Positions 1 through 9,245 of a DNA stretch of 35,032 nt are shown here, piece after piece. The stretch lies in assembly GCA_964534495.1 (NCBI GenBank), contig CAZHPL010000001.1:6255-41286 (forward strand). The letters are read 5' to 3'. The stretch is from an uncultured Lishizhenia sp. GTDB lineage: Bacteria; Bacteroidota; Bacteroidia; Flavobacteriales_D; Crocinitomicaceae. Numbering within the stretch: position 1 is the stretch's first letter; the number at the start of each line of letters is the position of its first letter. The notes below the pieces were generated by a model. The model was not told the DNA's origin, made no database searches, and worked only from the letters and a program-made list of their open reading frames with translations. The position numbers and the translations under genes are program-made.

Positions 1-266
1 AATAAATTGCGTTCTTGTGATTTCCCAGATGGGTCGCCCACCATTCCAGTTGCACCACCTACCAAGGCAAACGGTTTGTGCCCTGCACGTTGAAAATGCA
101 CCAAAGTCATGATTTGTACCAAATGCCCAACATGCAATGAATCCGCTGTAGGATCAAAACCAATATAACCTGCGGCTGTTTGTTTCATCAATGCTTCCTC
201 TGTACCGGGCATGATGTCGTGCACCATCCCTCTCCATCTCAATTCTTCAATAAAATTTGTTGGCAT
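1..266 (-). CDS. tyrS: tyrosine--tRNA ligase, N-terminal 88 codons (gene runs off the left edge)
   Basis: Manual reverse translation from the ATG at 266-264 gives [88 protein letters not shown]. The [13 protein letters not shown] (HIGH-type) and [16 protein letters not shown] blocks are characteristic of TyrRS. It is absent from the ORF track because it is truncated. Confidence 0.85.
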   Translation of the reverse strand, partial: MPTNFIEELRWRGMVHDIMPGTEEALMKQTAAGYIGFDPTADSLHVGHLVQIMTLVHFQRAGHKPFALVGGATGMVGDPSGKSQERNL

Positions 267-269
267 TTT

Positions 270-1169
270 TTATTTCGTTAATTCTTTAAATACTTCTTCT
301 AGTGTGCGTTGCTCAATTTTCAAGGTCAAAATCAACCAATTTTCTTTTTGGGCAAATTGAGCCACTTCTTTGCGTAAATCGACTTCCTCCACGGTTTCTA
401 ACAACCAGCCATTTTGAACAGCTTGTACTTTTCGAACAGCAGGAATTTTTGTCAATTGTGCTTTGGAAACTTGTTTGTCGAATTCCACATAAACTGTCTG
501 ATGATCGTTTTCTTTTTGCAAAGAAGCTGCTTTATCGTCGGCAACGATTTGTCCTTTCGATATAATCACAACACGGTCGCAAATGGCCTCCACTTCCTGC
601 ATGATGTGCGTGGAAAAAATCACCGTTTTTTCTTTTCCAATTTGTTTGATTAATTCCCGGATTTCTACCAATTGATTCGGGTCCAATCCCGTTGTAGGTT
701 CATCTAAAATCAAGACTTCAGGGTCGTGAATAATTGCTTGCGCTAAACCGACACGTTGACGATACCCTTTTGAAAGTGCACCAATTTTTTTGTTTTGCTC
801 CACGTCTAAACCGACCGCATCAATCATTTCAGCCACGCGCGAACGCAGGTTTTTTATCTTGTAAATTCTCCCAACAAACTCCAAGTATTCCTTCACATAC
901 ATGTCTGTGTACAAAGGATTGTTTTCAGGAAGATAACCAATAATTTGGCGCGTTTTCAGGTTTTCAACGTCCACTTTCATACCGCTGACATACACTTCAC
1001 CAGCAGAAGATGGAATATAACCTGTGATGATTTTCATCGTTGTGGATTTTCCTGCACCATTTGGCCCTAAGAAACCGACAATTTCCCCTTTCTTAACGGA
1101 GAAACTTACATCGCGCACCGCAGCTTGTTCGCCGTAGTATTTGAATAGATTTTTTACCTCAATTGACAT
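270..1169 (-). CDS. gldA: gliding-motility ABC transporter ATP-binding protein GldA-like
   Basis: 299 aa. Walker A GPNGAGKST, ABC signature LSKGYRQR, Walker B VLILDEPTTGLD. The N-terminus MSIEVKNL...GEIVGFLGPNGAGKST and the STHIMQEVEAICDRV block resemble Flavobacterium GldA as I recall it. Confidence 0.8.
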   Translation of the reverse strand: MSIEVKNLFKYYGEQAAVRDVSFSVKKGEIVGFLGPNGAGKSTTMKIITGYIPSSAGEVYVSGMKVDVENLKTRQIIGYLPENNPLYTDMYVKEYLEFVGRIYKIKNLRSRVAEMIDAVGLDVEQNKKIGALSKGYRQRVGLAQAIIHDPEVLILDEPTTGLDPNQLVEIRELIKQIGKEKTVIFSTHIMQEVEAICDRVVIISKGQIVADDKAASLQKENDHQTVYVEFDKQVSKAQLTKIPAVRKVQAVQNGWLLETVEEVDLRKEVAQFAQKENWLILTLKIEQRTLEEVFKELTK

Positions 1170-1567
1170 CGTAGGGCGAAGTTAGTGAAAAGTTGATGAT
1201 ATTGCGAATGGAGTTGAGTGATTGGCTTTTTAAACAGCTGTAAATCAATCTAATTATTTTGGAAGATTTCATTCTCGAATGTCAACTCTTGAATATCAGT
1301 CCATGGTTTATTTATTCCTCCCGATTGGTCGGAATGACTTTCTAGTAGTTGATTGTGCGAAAATGCTGAACATTTTCGCTTAAGGTTTTGAAAAAGTTTT
1401 TCTACTAAAAAATGGACACATTTATGGGATGTGTTCACGAAAACGGCTTTTGGTGGACATAAGTATACTTGTTGAGAAAAAAATTGAAATTACTAATTCG
1501 CATTTTAGCAGGAAATTGATTGTAATGAAACGCAATGTTTGCTACATTTATGCTGAAATAAGTGAAT

Positions 1568-2269
1568 ATGTGGCGTGTCTTTTTTCTTGCAATTTACTTT
1601 CCTATTTTTTCTAATCAAGTCGTTGCACAAGATAGTCAAGTTTCATTGGAAATATATTGCGATACCATCAACTATTTGGAAGAAGACTTTTTGGATTCAA
1701 TGCAATTTTACGATCAATTGTATGCACACACAAAACAAGTCCACGTAAGGGATAAAAAATTAAAATTGGCTTTCTACGTGGCTTTGAGGCATTATCCAGA
1801 GTTAAAAAATATTCATTTATCGATGCGACTTAAAACCATTAGTGCAACCATGCAAGCGCAACCTTTTTGGGATTTTTTGTTCCGCTCAAGACAAGGAAGG
1901 CATTACCAGATTTTTGTGAATGAAACGCAGGAAAACAATGGGATGTATTACAAGGATTTGAGTTTTAATTCACTTGTCGGGTGGATTGGTCATGAATTAG
2001 CGCATATTTTGGATTACTCGAAAAAGGAAAATCCTGAAATGTTATCGTTTATTACAAGTTATGTGACTTCCAAAAAAGCGATGCGCCACACAGAATGCAA
2101 AGCAGATGAAACGGCTATTCGGCATGGGTTGGGAAAACAATTGTTGGATGGCGTCAATTATTTTTACCACAATAATCGCATTTCCAAAAAATACCGTGAG
2201 CGCCACAAAAGCTATTATATGACTCCCGAACAAATCGTGGGTGTTATGAATGAGGGGTGCTTGGAGTGA
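1568..2269 (+). CDS. secreted hypothetical protein with HExxH motif (possible metallopeptidase-like)
   Basis: The ORF track gives 1562 (GTG). The ATG at 1568 gives MWRVFFLAIYFPIFSNQVVAQ, which looks like a signal peptide. The only recognisable motif is GHELAHILDY (HExxH). The 3' end overlaps the convergent gene by 26 nt. Confidence 0.55.
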   Translation: MWRVFFLAIYFPIFSNQVVAQDSQVSLEIYCDTINYLEEDFLDSMQFYDQLYAHTKQVHVRDKKLKLAFYVALRHYPELKNIHLSMRLKTISATMQAQPFWDFLFRSRQGRHYQIFVNETQENNGMYYKDLSFNSLVGWIGHELAHILDYSKKENPEMLSFITSYVTSKKAMRHTECKADETAIRHGLGKQLLDGVNYFYHNNRISKKYRERHKSYYMTPEQIVGVMNEGCLE

Positions 2270-3701
2270 TTTCTTTGCGACTAAAAAATGCGTAGAATAA
2301 AGCAAAGAACGTAATTCCCATCTGGGTTTCCAAGGTGTCTTCAAAGAAAAATGTTCCGAAGGCAACAAGAATGAACATCACTCCTATGATACTTTGATTG
2401 TGCCATTGAAAACGAAGGAATGTCCACTGTAAATAAATGAAAAAGAGTAGGCCAAAAATCCCAAAAGTCAACCAAAAGGTAAGGTAGGAATTGTGCGTGC
2501 GCAAACGGTGTTCTTCTGTTAATGGAGAGTTTCGTTTGTCGTACATTTTTAAAATTTCTTGCTGTACATCTCCCGTTCCTACTCCAAAAAGCCAATTATT
2601 CTGAATGATTTGCCAACTGTTTTTCCAAAATTCAATGCGTTCCAAAATCGAATGTCCATTTGGATTTTCAGTATTGTGTAATTGAAAACGAATTCCATAT
2701 AGGCGTGCCATCAAACCATTTTCTGTTTCGTGAATATCTGCAAAACCTTCTTCAATATTACGAATGTCGCTTTTATCCAAAGCAGCAACTCCTTTTCCGT
2801 TCGTTTCCAAATTTTTGGATGATAAATAGCGTTGCAAAGTGGTTGAGAGTTTTTGTTGCCGTTGATCTAAACTATCATAATGAATAGCGGAACGTTGATT
2901 CCAAGCACTTGATAAGGTTAATTCGTTCTTGTTTTTGAAGGTGTAATTAATGGGTTGAGACAAGTAATGCACCACGAAATACGAAGTTCCCAGCAACAAA
3001 ACAGCACCCATTATACTCAAACGTAAACGCAATTTTGCGGAAAAACGAAACAAGAGAATTACCGCCAAAACAATTACCATTGCAATCACTCCTGAAAGCA
3101 CTTGACTGAAATAGGTGTAGAATAGAAACCACGGAATCAGTGCTAGAAAAAACCATTTTTGTCGTTCGTAATAGTTTGCTAATTCAACTGAAATTCCTGT
3201 TCCCAAGGCAATTAAAATTCCATAGCGAATATGTGACCCAAAAAGTGACAAGCCACGAATATCAATAATGTGCATTTGCTCACGATAGAGTTGATAAGCG
3301 ATGAAATTGATAAGGGAAGTGATGAACAAAGTGGCAACAAAAGCCAACAGTAGTCGATAGCGGACGCGGATAGAAGGTAGGTCTTGCGAACAAATCAATA
3401 ATGGAATGACCAACAACGCAGCTTTTTTCCGGATGTCATCTCCTCCGTATTGAAAATCGGAAGTCCAAAACAAGCCAATCAAATGCAAGCCATAAAACAA
3501 CGTAATCAGCCAGAAGAATCGGTTCGTACGTAAATGCTTCCAATAGGATTTAAAGTCAGCTTGTAAAATGAAATTTAAACCGCCTAAAAGCAAGCCCATT
3601 GACATCAAAAACGTGCTACAACATACTCCCACAAAAAAGAGTAGGAGCACAAAATAGTAAAAGTGCTGATGGAATTGCGAACCGAAAAAACGATTTAACA
3701 T
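2244..3701 (-). CDS. O-antigen ligase (Wzy_C/WaaL-like) family polytopic membrane protein
   Basis: 485 aa with many hydrophobic helices and a large loop. The late block HNSYLTFWLTFGIFGLLFF is typical of O-antigen ligase-like proteins. Confidence 0.7.
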   Translation of the reverse strand: MLNRFFGSQFHQHFYYFVLLLFFVGVCCSTFLMSMGLLLGGLNFILQADFKSYWKHLRTNRFFWLITLFYGLHLIGLFWTSDFQYGGDDIRKKAALLVIPLLICSQDLPSIRVRYRLLLAFVATLFITSLINFIAYQLYREQMHIIDIRGLSLFGSHIRYGILIALGTGISVELANYYERQKWFFLALIPWFLFYTYFSQVLSGVIAMVIVLAVILLFRFSAKLRLRLSIMGAVLLLGTSYFVVHYLSQPINYTFKNKNELTLSSAWNQRSAIHYDSLDQRQQKLSTTLQRYLSSKNLETNGKGVAALDKSDIRNIEEGFADIHETENGLMARLYGIRFQLHNTENPNGHSILERIEFWKNSWQIIQNNWLFGVGTGDVQQEILKMYDKRNSPLTEEHRLRTHNSYLTFWLTFGIFGLLFFIYLQWTFLRFQWHNQSIIGVMFILVAFGTFFFEDTLETQMGITFFALFYAFFSRKEITPSTPHS

Positions 3702-3714
3702 GCTGATTTAACGA

Positions 3715-5367
3715 CTATTTCTTCAAAATAGTATTGTACTCAGTTGGATTTGCTAAAATTGTTTTCGCTCTGTTTAAGGTATTGTCGTATCGGAACGCAT
3801 CTTTGGTTCTTCCATTTTGATAATAGTAACGGGAAACAATTTCGTTTTCAAGCATTTCAGTAATTTCTTTCTTGAATTTCTCCAAGTCACGTTCCTTGCT
3901 TGGTGTCAATTTTTGAAGCATGGCATCGTATTCCGTTTTTACATCTCCAAAATAACCTTCCTTTTCAGCTGTTTCTTGCATTTTCTTCAACATTTCCTCT
4001 GAAGCAGTTGTGTACTTGAAGTCTTGTTTAAGAATGTACGTTTTAAAATCGGCATAATCAGCTTCGGTCAATTTGAAAATGCCTGCTGAATCAATAGTTG
4101 GGTGCTTGTAGTAATATTCTGTCGCATAATTGAAAATATGGTTGCCCGAAATCAACATAGCAGACAAACGGCTCAAATCTTCTAATTCCACGTCCACATC
4201 TGGTTCGATTCCACGTCCGTCAATCACTTTACGTCCATTTTTAGTGTAGAAAGTTTTCAAAAGTGAATCCGGAATTTCTTTTGGTTTGGTACCCGTTTCT
4301 TTGTCGTAATATTCCAAACGCTGCACGCATCGGCCAGAAGGCGTATAATATTTAGCAATGGTTAATTTCATTTTCGATCCGTATTTCAAGTCGTACGTAC
4401 GTTGTACCAAACCTTTACCAAAGCTTGTTTGACCTACAATTACTGCTCTATCTAAATCCTGAAGTCCGCCCGAAACAATTTCACTTGCAGAAGCTGAACC
4501 TTCATCAATCAATACGACAAGTGGCATTTTTTCAGCGATTGGTTCATCTAACGTTTTATACACACGATTTTCTTCAGCAACTCTTCCTTTCGTAGTAACC
4601 ACAACTGTATTTTTAGGCACAAAGAAATTGATGATTTTAACCGCTTCAATTAATAAACCACCGCCATTTCCGCGTAAATCAAGCACGAGTTGCTCCATTC
4701 CATTACCTTTCATTTTTTCGATGGCATTTTTTACATCGGATGCAGCTGTTTGCGTAAAGCTATTAAGTTTCACATATCCTGTTTTGCTGTCCACCATTCC
4801 AAAATAGGGAACATCGGGGATTTTGATTTCGTCACGTGCAATTTCAATGATTTTCTTCCCTTCATTTGGGCGTTCAACCTCAATTTTGATACTTGTTCCT
4901 TTGGGACCTTTTAACGCACTTGAAACATCATCTGAAGGTTTTTTGAACATGCTTTTTCCGTCGATAGAAAGAATTTTATCTCCTGCTCTTAATCCACTTT
5001 TTTGTGCCGGGTTTCCTTCATACGGCTCTGCGATGTAGGTATAGTCTCCCATTTTGCGAATCAAGGCTCCAATTCCACCGTATTGTCCTGTCGTCATCAA
5101 TCGATAATCTTCAATATTTGATTCATGGTAATAAACGGTATACGGATCCAATTCTTTTAACATGGCGTCAATTGCCGTTTTCGACAATTTTCCATTCTGG
5201 GGTTCGTCCACAAAGTATAAATCCAAATGCTCATAGACTTGATCCATGATTTCTAGATTTTTCAATACTTCAAATCCGTTCGATTGTCCGAAAGCTGTAG
5301 CTGAAAGCAACTGGATGCTCAACAATACCAAAAGAAATGCGTGACGAATTTTAATCATTTTGTTCAA
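3715..5367 (-). CDS. S41 family C-terminal processing peptidase
   Basis: 550 aa with a signal peptide. PDZ-like GLRAGDKILSIDGKS, LDLRGNGGG, catalytic-Ser block GSASASEIVSG and TSFGKGLVQ. Confidence 0.9.
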   Translation of the reverse strand: MNKMIKIRHAFLLVLLSIQLLSATAFGQSNGFEVLKNLEIMDQVYEHLDLYFVDEPQNGKLSKTAIDAMLKELDPYTVYYHESNIEDYRLMTTGQYGGIGALIRKMGDYTYIAEPYEGNPAQKSGLRAGDKILSIDGKSMFKKPSDDVSSALKGPKGTSIKIEVERPNEGKKIIEIARDEIKIPDVPYFGMVDSKTGYVKLNSFTQTAASDVKNAIEKMKGNGMEQLVLDLRGNGGGLLIEAVKIINFFVPKNTVVVTTKGRVAEENRVYKTLDEPIAEKMPLVVLIDEGSASASEIVSGGLQDLDRAVIVGQTSFGKGLVQRTYDLKYGSKMKLTIAKYYTPSGRCVQRLEYYDKETGTKPKEIPDSLLKTFYTKNGRKVIDGRGIEPDVDVELEDLSRLSAMLISGNHIFNYATEYYYKHPTIDSAGIFKLTEADYADFKTYILKQDFKYTTASEEMLKKMQETAEKEGYFGDVKTEYDAMLQKLTPSKERDLEKFKKEITEMLENEIVSRYYYQNGRTKDAFRYDNTLNRAKTILANPTEYNTILKK

Positions 5368-5737
5368 TTTGTTGGGTTAATTTATGTAAGCCTTTAATCA
5401 ATTTTCGTTCCATCTGTTGAAAGTCCAAAATTTCACGATGAGCGTAAATAACGGCAATATTTAGTTGTTTATCTTGTTCTTGTAGCTTTTTTTCTAAAAT
5501 AGCTTTGTTGATACGAACAATTTCTCGCATGCGTCTTTTGACCAAATTGCGGTCGTGTGCATGTTTGAAATTTCGTTTTGAAACAGAAACGACGATTTGA
5601 AAGGCTGTTTTTTCATGGTTTGCTTCGTGTATTACAAATTGAAACGGAAACTCTCGAATCCGTTTTCCTTCCTTGAAAAGTTGGTCAATTTGCTTGAGAC
5701 TACAAAGTTTGTACTCCTTTCCGAAGGAAAAATCCAT
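5351..5737 (-). CDS. rnpA: ribonuclease P protein component
   Basis: 128 aa and basic. KRNFKHAHDRNLVKRRMREIVR matches the conserved RnpA RNR-type motif. The size is typical. Confidence 0.85.
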   Translation of the reverse strand: MDFSFGKEYKLCSLKQIDQLFKEGKRIREFPFQFVIHEANHEKTAFQIVVSVSKRNFKHAHDRNLVKRRMREIVRINKAILEKKLQEQDKQLNIAVIYAHREILDFQQMERKLIKGLHKLTQQIEQND

Positions 5738-5743
5738 GTGCTT

Positions 5744-5995
5744 TTACGAATTGTAAATTTCAACAATGCGGTAACGAAAATCCGTTAATGATTTCAATTC
5801 TTGCGCATTTTCATACGTTCCTTTAAATTGCTCTAAATGACCAATGTAACACGCTTTTATTTCATTGAAACGGTAGTGTGAAGCCAATTTTTTGTAAACG
5901 CCTCCCGACAAAAATCCAGGTTTTTCTCCCATGGATAGTTTTACCAAGGCCATAACGATTTCCTCAGATAATTCTAAAAGTTCTTTTTCATCCAT
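5744..5995 (-). CDS. hypothetical protein
   Basis: 83-aa ORF packed between neighbouring minus-strand genes (6-9 nt spacers). No recognisable motif. Confidence 0.5.
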   Translation of the reverse strand: MDEKELLELSEEIVMALVKLSMGEKPGFLSGGVYKKLASHYRFNEIKACYIGHLEQFKGTYENAQELKSLTDFRYRIVEIYNS

Positions 5996-6004
5996 AAAGT
6001 AAAG

Positions 6005-6649
6005 TTAGTTGATTTCTTCAAAGTCATCAAACTTGTCGTTATCGGATTTGCCTGAGCGAAAAGAAGTGCGTATGTCCATCAAAGGTTTTCCTGAAAGCAC
6101 ATAATTGATAGCGTTGAGCATTTTGATAATCATATTCAACAAGAAGAAGAAACCTATCACTTTGAAAATGAAACCAATAATGGCTGTGTTTTCGATATCA
6201 AGTATGCTTTTGTGAAACCAATTTGCAATTCCATTTTCAGCATAATTAGGAAAGAACAATAAGCCAGCAAACAAAATGACACTGCAAACAATTAACACAA
6301 TTTCAGATTGTAAATGAAAATCATTTTGTTTCATTTCAGGCATGAATTGTCCAAACATAGCCACTTGCTGTTGCTTTTGTTGAAATTTCCCAACGAAATA
6401 AGCGACAAGAATAATGGCAGTAGGCATTACGTTCAATGGACTCAATTCATTTTTATTGAGATCCAAAGCAAAGAGAAATGTTACGTTTACCAAAAAGAGG
6501 TATTTCACCGATTTGATGAGGTAATTTTCCACCAATGTTTTCTGTCTTCCGGCTCTTAGTATTCCAAGAAATACATCGATAAAAAACCAAATAAAACTAT
6601 AAATGGCAAACAATACCCCCAGCCTAAAAATCAGATTGAGTAGTTCCAT
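6005..6649 (-). CDS. hypothetical integral membrane protein
   Basis: 214 aa with about 5 hydrophobic segments and an acidic C-terminal tail. It starts 3 nt after the upstream gene stop. Confidence 0.6.
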   Translation of the reverse strand: MELLNLIFRLGVLFAIYSFIWFFIDVFLGILRAGRQKTLVENYLIKSVKYLFLVNVTFLFALDLNKNELSPLNVMPTAIILVAYFVGKFQQKQQQVAMFGQFMPEMKQNDFHLQSEIVLIVCSVILFAGLLFFPNYAENGIANWFHKSILDIENTAIIGFIFKVIGFFFLLNMIIKMLNAINYVLSGKPLMDIRTSFRSGKSDNDKFDDFEEIN

Positions 6650-6652
6650 TTA

Positions 6653-8251
6653 CTATTTAGGTTTTTGCAATAAATATTCTTTAGGCGCAGGAGCTGCTGT
6701 GTTCGGGTCGAAAGCAATTCCAATGATTTTCCCTTCTGTTCTACGATTGATTTGATGTAAATTTTCAAACTTCGTTTTATCGATTGTTTTGAATTGATTT
6801 ATATATGCTTCCGACAGTTCAATAAAACCATTGGTTGCAGGATCCATAATGCGCGCAGGTTCTGTTTCACCTTTTCCAACTGGAATCAAACGTCTTGGGT
6901 CAATGCCTTTTTGTTCCACCAAATACGTATATACCGCTTTCGCTCTGTTCATGGATAGCAATAAGTTTTTCTTTGCATCGCCACGCGCATCTGTATGGGA
7001 AAGCAATTCCAACATAAGTCCAGGGTATTCTGTCAATAAAGAAGCAACTTTATTCAAAGAATCATACGATTGAATAGTAGAATCGTTAACAAATTCCCAT
7101 GAGTTCACTTTGTAACGTACTTCAGGAAATTGAATAACTTTCTGAACGGTAGGTTGAGGTTCTGTAATTTCAACCATCAAAGTTTGTTGCTGATTGATGG
7201 CATCCGTTACTTGAACCAAGTACATTCCTCTTTTTAGTTTTTTCAAGTCTTCCGTAGTCATTCCATTGCTCCAATTTACTTTGTAAGGCGCAACACCTGA
7301 CGTAATGCTTAAGTCAATGGAGCCATCTGTACCTTGAAAAACAGTGACGTTTTCGTGTGTTTCTGCAATTTTCAAAGCAGGAGGTAGAATTGTTTCAGCC
7401 CAATAGATATCAGCATCTTCTGCATTTCGATTACTTGACCAATAGTAGCGTTGCCCGACTTTAATCAAATAAGCATCAAAAGCAGCAGAATTGATTTTGT
7501 CTCCCATATTTACCGGTGAATACCAATCGTTCCAATCTCCTTTTTTAACGGCATAAAAGATGTCGCAACCACCTTGTCCACCGAAACCTGAGCTTGCAAA
7601 ATAAAGCGTGTCGTTTGTTGGATTTAAAAAAGGTGAAATTTCATAACCATTGGAGTTAATTCCGCCCATGTGAATTGGTGCAGTCCAGTTGGAGCCTTCT
7701 TTTTTAGAATAATATAAATCTTCATTTCCGAGCGAATTAGCTCCTTCGTAAGAAATAATGATTACGTTACCATCAGAAGAAACGGTGTATCCAACATTTT
7801 TGTTTTTGATATCAAGACCTGGAATATTGATTTTTTCAGGTTTTGTCCAACCGTTTTCCGTTTTTTTAGAAATTGCAATTCCCTTTCCAATGTCGTTTTT
7901 TCCTTCGTTTGCGAAAAGAACATAAGCTGTATTTCCATCAGCGCTCAATGCTACGATTGCGTTATGATCGCGATTATTCAGGTCTTCCAAGTTTTCTGCT
8001 TCGTTCCATTTTCCTTTTTCGTTTAATGTCGAAACGTAAATATCTTGGTCGTTTATTCCTCCTTCATTCAAATCATCAAACGTCCGAACAAAGTAGATTT
8101 CTTTTCCAGATGGAGAAAGTAAAGGCGCGCTTTCTTCGGCAGAAGTATTTACACCTACATCGAGGCGTTTTGGTTCGGTCATACCATTGAATTGAGCTTG
8201 CGCAATATTTCCAGTCAATCCAACAAGTAGTAAACTAAATATCTTTTTCAT
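6653..8251 (-). CDS. OmpA-family protein with TolB-like beta-propeller repeats
   Basis: C-terminal OmpA-like block LELLSHTDARGDAKKNLLLSMNRAKAVYTYLVEQKGIDPRRLIPVGKGETEP. N-terminal repeated S-x-DG..xYF segments resemble TolB/WD40-like repeats. I prefer the start at 8251 (MKKIFSLLLVGLTGNIAQAQ signal peptide) over the track start at 8293, which would overlap the upstream gene. Confidence 0.8.
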   Translation of the reverse strand: MKKIFSLLLVGLTGNIAQAQFNGMTEPKRLDVGVNTSAEESAPLLSPSGKEIYFVRTFDDLNEGGINDQDIYVSTLNEKGKWNEAENLEDLNNRDHNAIVALSADGNTAYVLFANEGKNDIGKGIAISKKTENGWTKPEKINIPGLDIKNKNVGYTVSSDGNVIIISYEGANSLGNEDLYYSKKEGSNWTAPIHMGGINSNGYEISPFLNPTNDTLYFASSGFGGQGGCDIFYAVKKGDWNDWYSPVNMGDKINSAAFDAYLIKVGQRYYWSSNRNAEDADIYWAETILPPALKIAETHENVTVFQGTDGSIDLSITSGVAPYKVNWSNGMTTEDLKKLKRGMYLVQVTDAINQQQTLMVEITEPQPTVQKVIQFPEVRYKVNSWEFVNDSTIQSYDSLNKVASLLTEYPGLMLELLSHTDARGDAKKNLLLSMNRAKAVYTYLVEQKGIDPRRLIPVGKGETEPARIMDPATNGFIELSEAYINQFKTIDKTKFENLHQINRRTEGKIIGIAFDPNTAAPAPKEYLLQKPK

Positions 8252-8258
8252 GACGGGA

Positions 8259-9245
8259 TTAAAATTTGTAGTTAAGAGAAAGTTCGTGTCCACCCCAGCT
8301 GAATTTGTTCAAACGTGTTGTCGGTACATCCAATGCGTAAGCTACTCTGAATTTTTCATTCAAATTAAATCCAACGAATATACCCGCTGAAGCTTTGTGG
8401 TGATAATTCAAACCTGCGAATAACGATTCGCCTATTGAAGCCATGGCATTAAATTCAATTGAAGCTGGTGCAGGCTGCATACTTTTGACAATAACAGTCG
8501 TTTGTAATTGGAACTCAGAATTGAACTCGAAATTATAGCCTGTAATTAGGAAGGCATGCAGTTTTGGGTCAAAATTCACATTTGAACTTCCAAAACGAAT
8601 GGCTCCTTTGGAAAGTTGATTTGCTGAAACACCAATAAAGAAGTTTTGGTATTGAACGTTTACACCTGCTCCAAAATGCATGTAATTCGCATTCCATTTT
8701 CCAGCAATAAATTCATCGTATTCTGCATCGCCTCCTTGGTACATTGCCGCTGGATCATTTGGATTCAATACGACAGCTTTTGCAGCATCAAAGCTATTGT
8801 TTGTCCAACTCAAACGAGCTCCGGCTGAGATTTTTAGTAATTTATTTACTTGGTAATGCGCTCCATAAAGTCCTGCTAATTGAAAAGACCCGAATGCACC
8901 AGTTTTGTCCATTACCATTTGTGCACCTATACCATGCGAAAATTTATTTTTTTGTAAAACCTCAGATTCTGGAATAGGACTGCTGATACGAATCCCCGGA
9001 TTAACACGTTCTTTTTCACGGATATTTAAGCTTTTCTCAAAAGTCAAATACCCAGAACGAGGCTCACCTCCAAAACCCACTGTTTGCCATCTTCCACCTA
9101 ATCCAATATTAGTACCAGAAGCGCTTCCGATATAGGCAGGATTGTACAAACTTTTATTCAATACTATCATCGAATATTGAGGTAATTGCTGTGCTTTAAC
9201 TGAGAAAGCTGCCAACAAAGTAAGGAATGAAATTAACTTTCTCAT
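8259..9245 (-). CDS. PorP/SprF family type IX secretion system membrane protein
   Basis: 328 aa. The N-terminus (signal peptide then AQQLPQYSMIVLNKSLYNPAYIG) is the hallmark PorP/SprF start. It has a beta-barrel-like alternating pattern and overlaps the upstream cargo gene by 4 nt (ATGA). Confidence 0.85.
   Translation of the reverse strand: MRKLISFLTLLAAFSVKAQQLPQYSMIVLNKSLYNPAYIGSASGTNIGLGGRWQTVGFGGEPRSGYLTFEKSLNIREKERVNPGIRISSPIPESEVLQKNKFSHGIGAQMVMDKTGAFGSFQLAGLYGAHYQVNKLLKISAGARLSWTNNSFDAAKAVVLNPNDPAAMYQGGDAEYDEFIAGKWNANYMHFGAGVNVQYQNFFIGVSANQLSKGAIRFGSSNVNFDPKLHAFLITGYNFEFNSEFQLQTTVIVKSMQPAPASIEFNAMASIGESLFAGLNYHHKASAGIFVGFNLNEKFRVAYALDVPTTRLNKFSWGGHELSLNYKF

Noticed and set aside
1250-1438. 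62-aa ORF in the 390-nt divergent intergenic region between gldA and the HExxH protein gene
   Set aside because: It has no motif and no obvious promoter or RBS context, and its composition resembles the surrounding non-coding DNA. It cannot be supported from sequence alone.
8252-8293. Longer start for the OmpA-family gene
   Set aside because: It would overlap the PorP/SprF stop region. The internal ATG at 8251 gives a canonical signal peptide.
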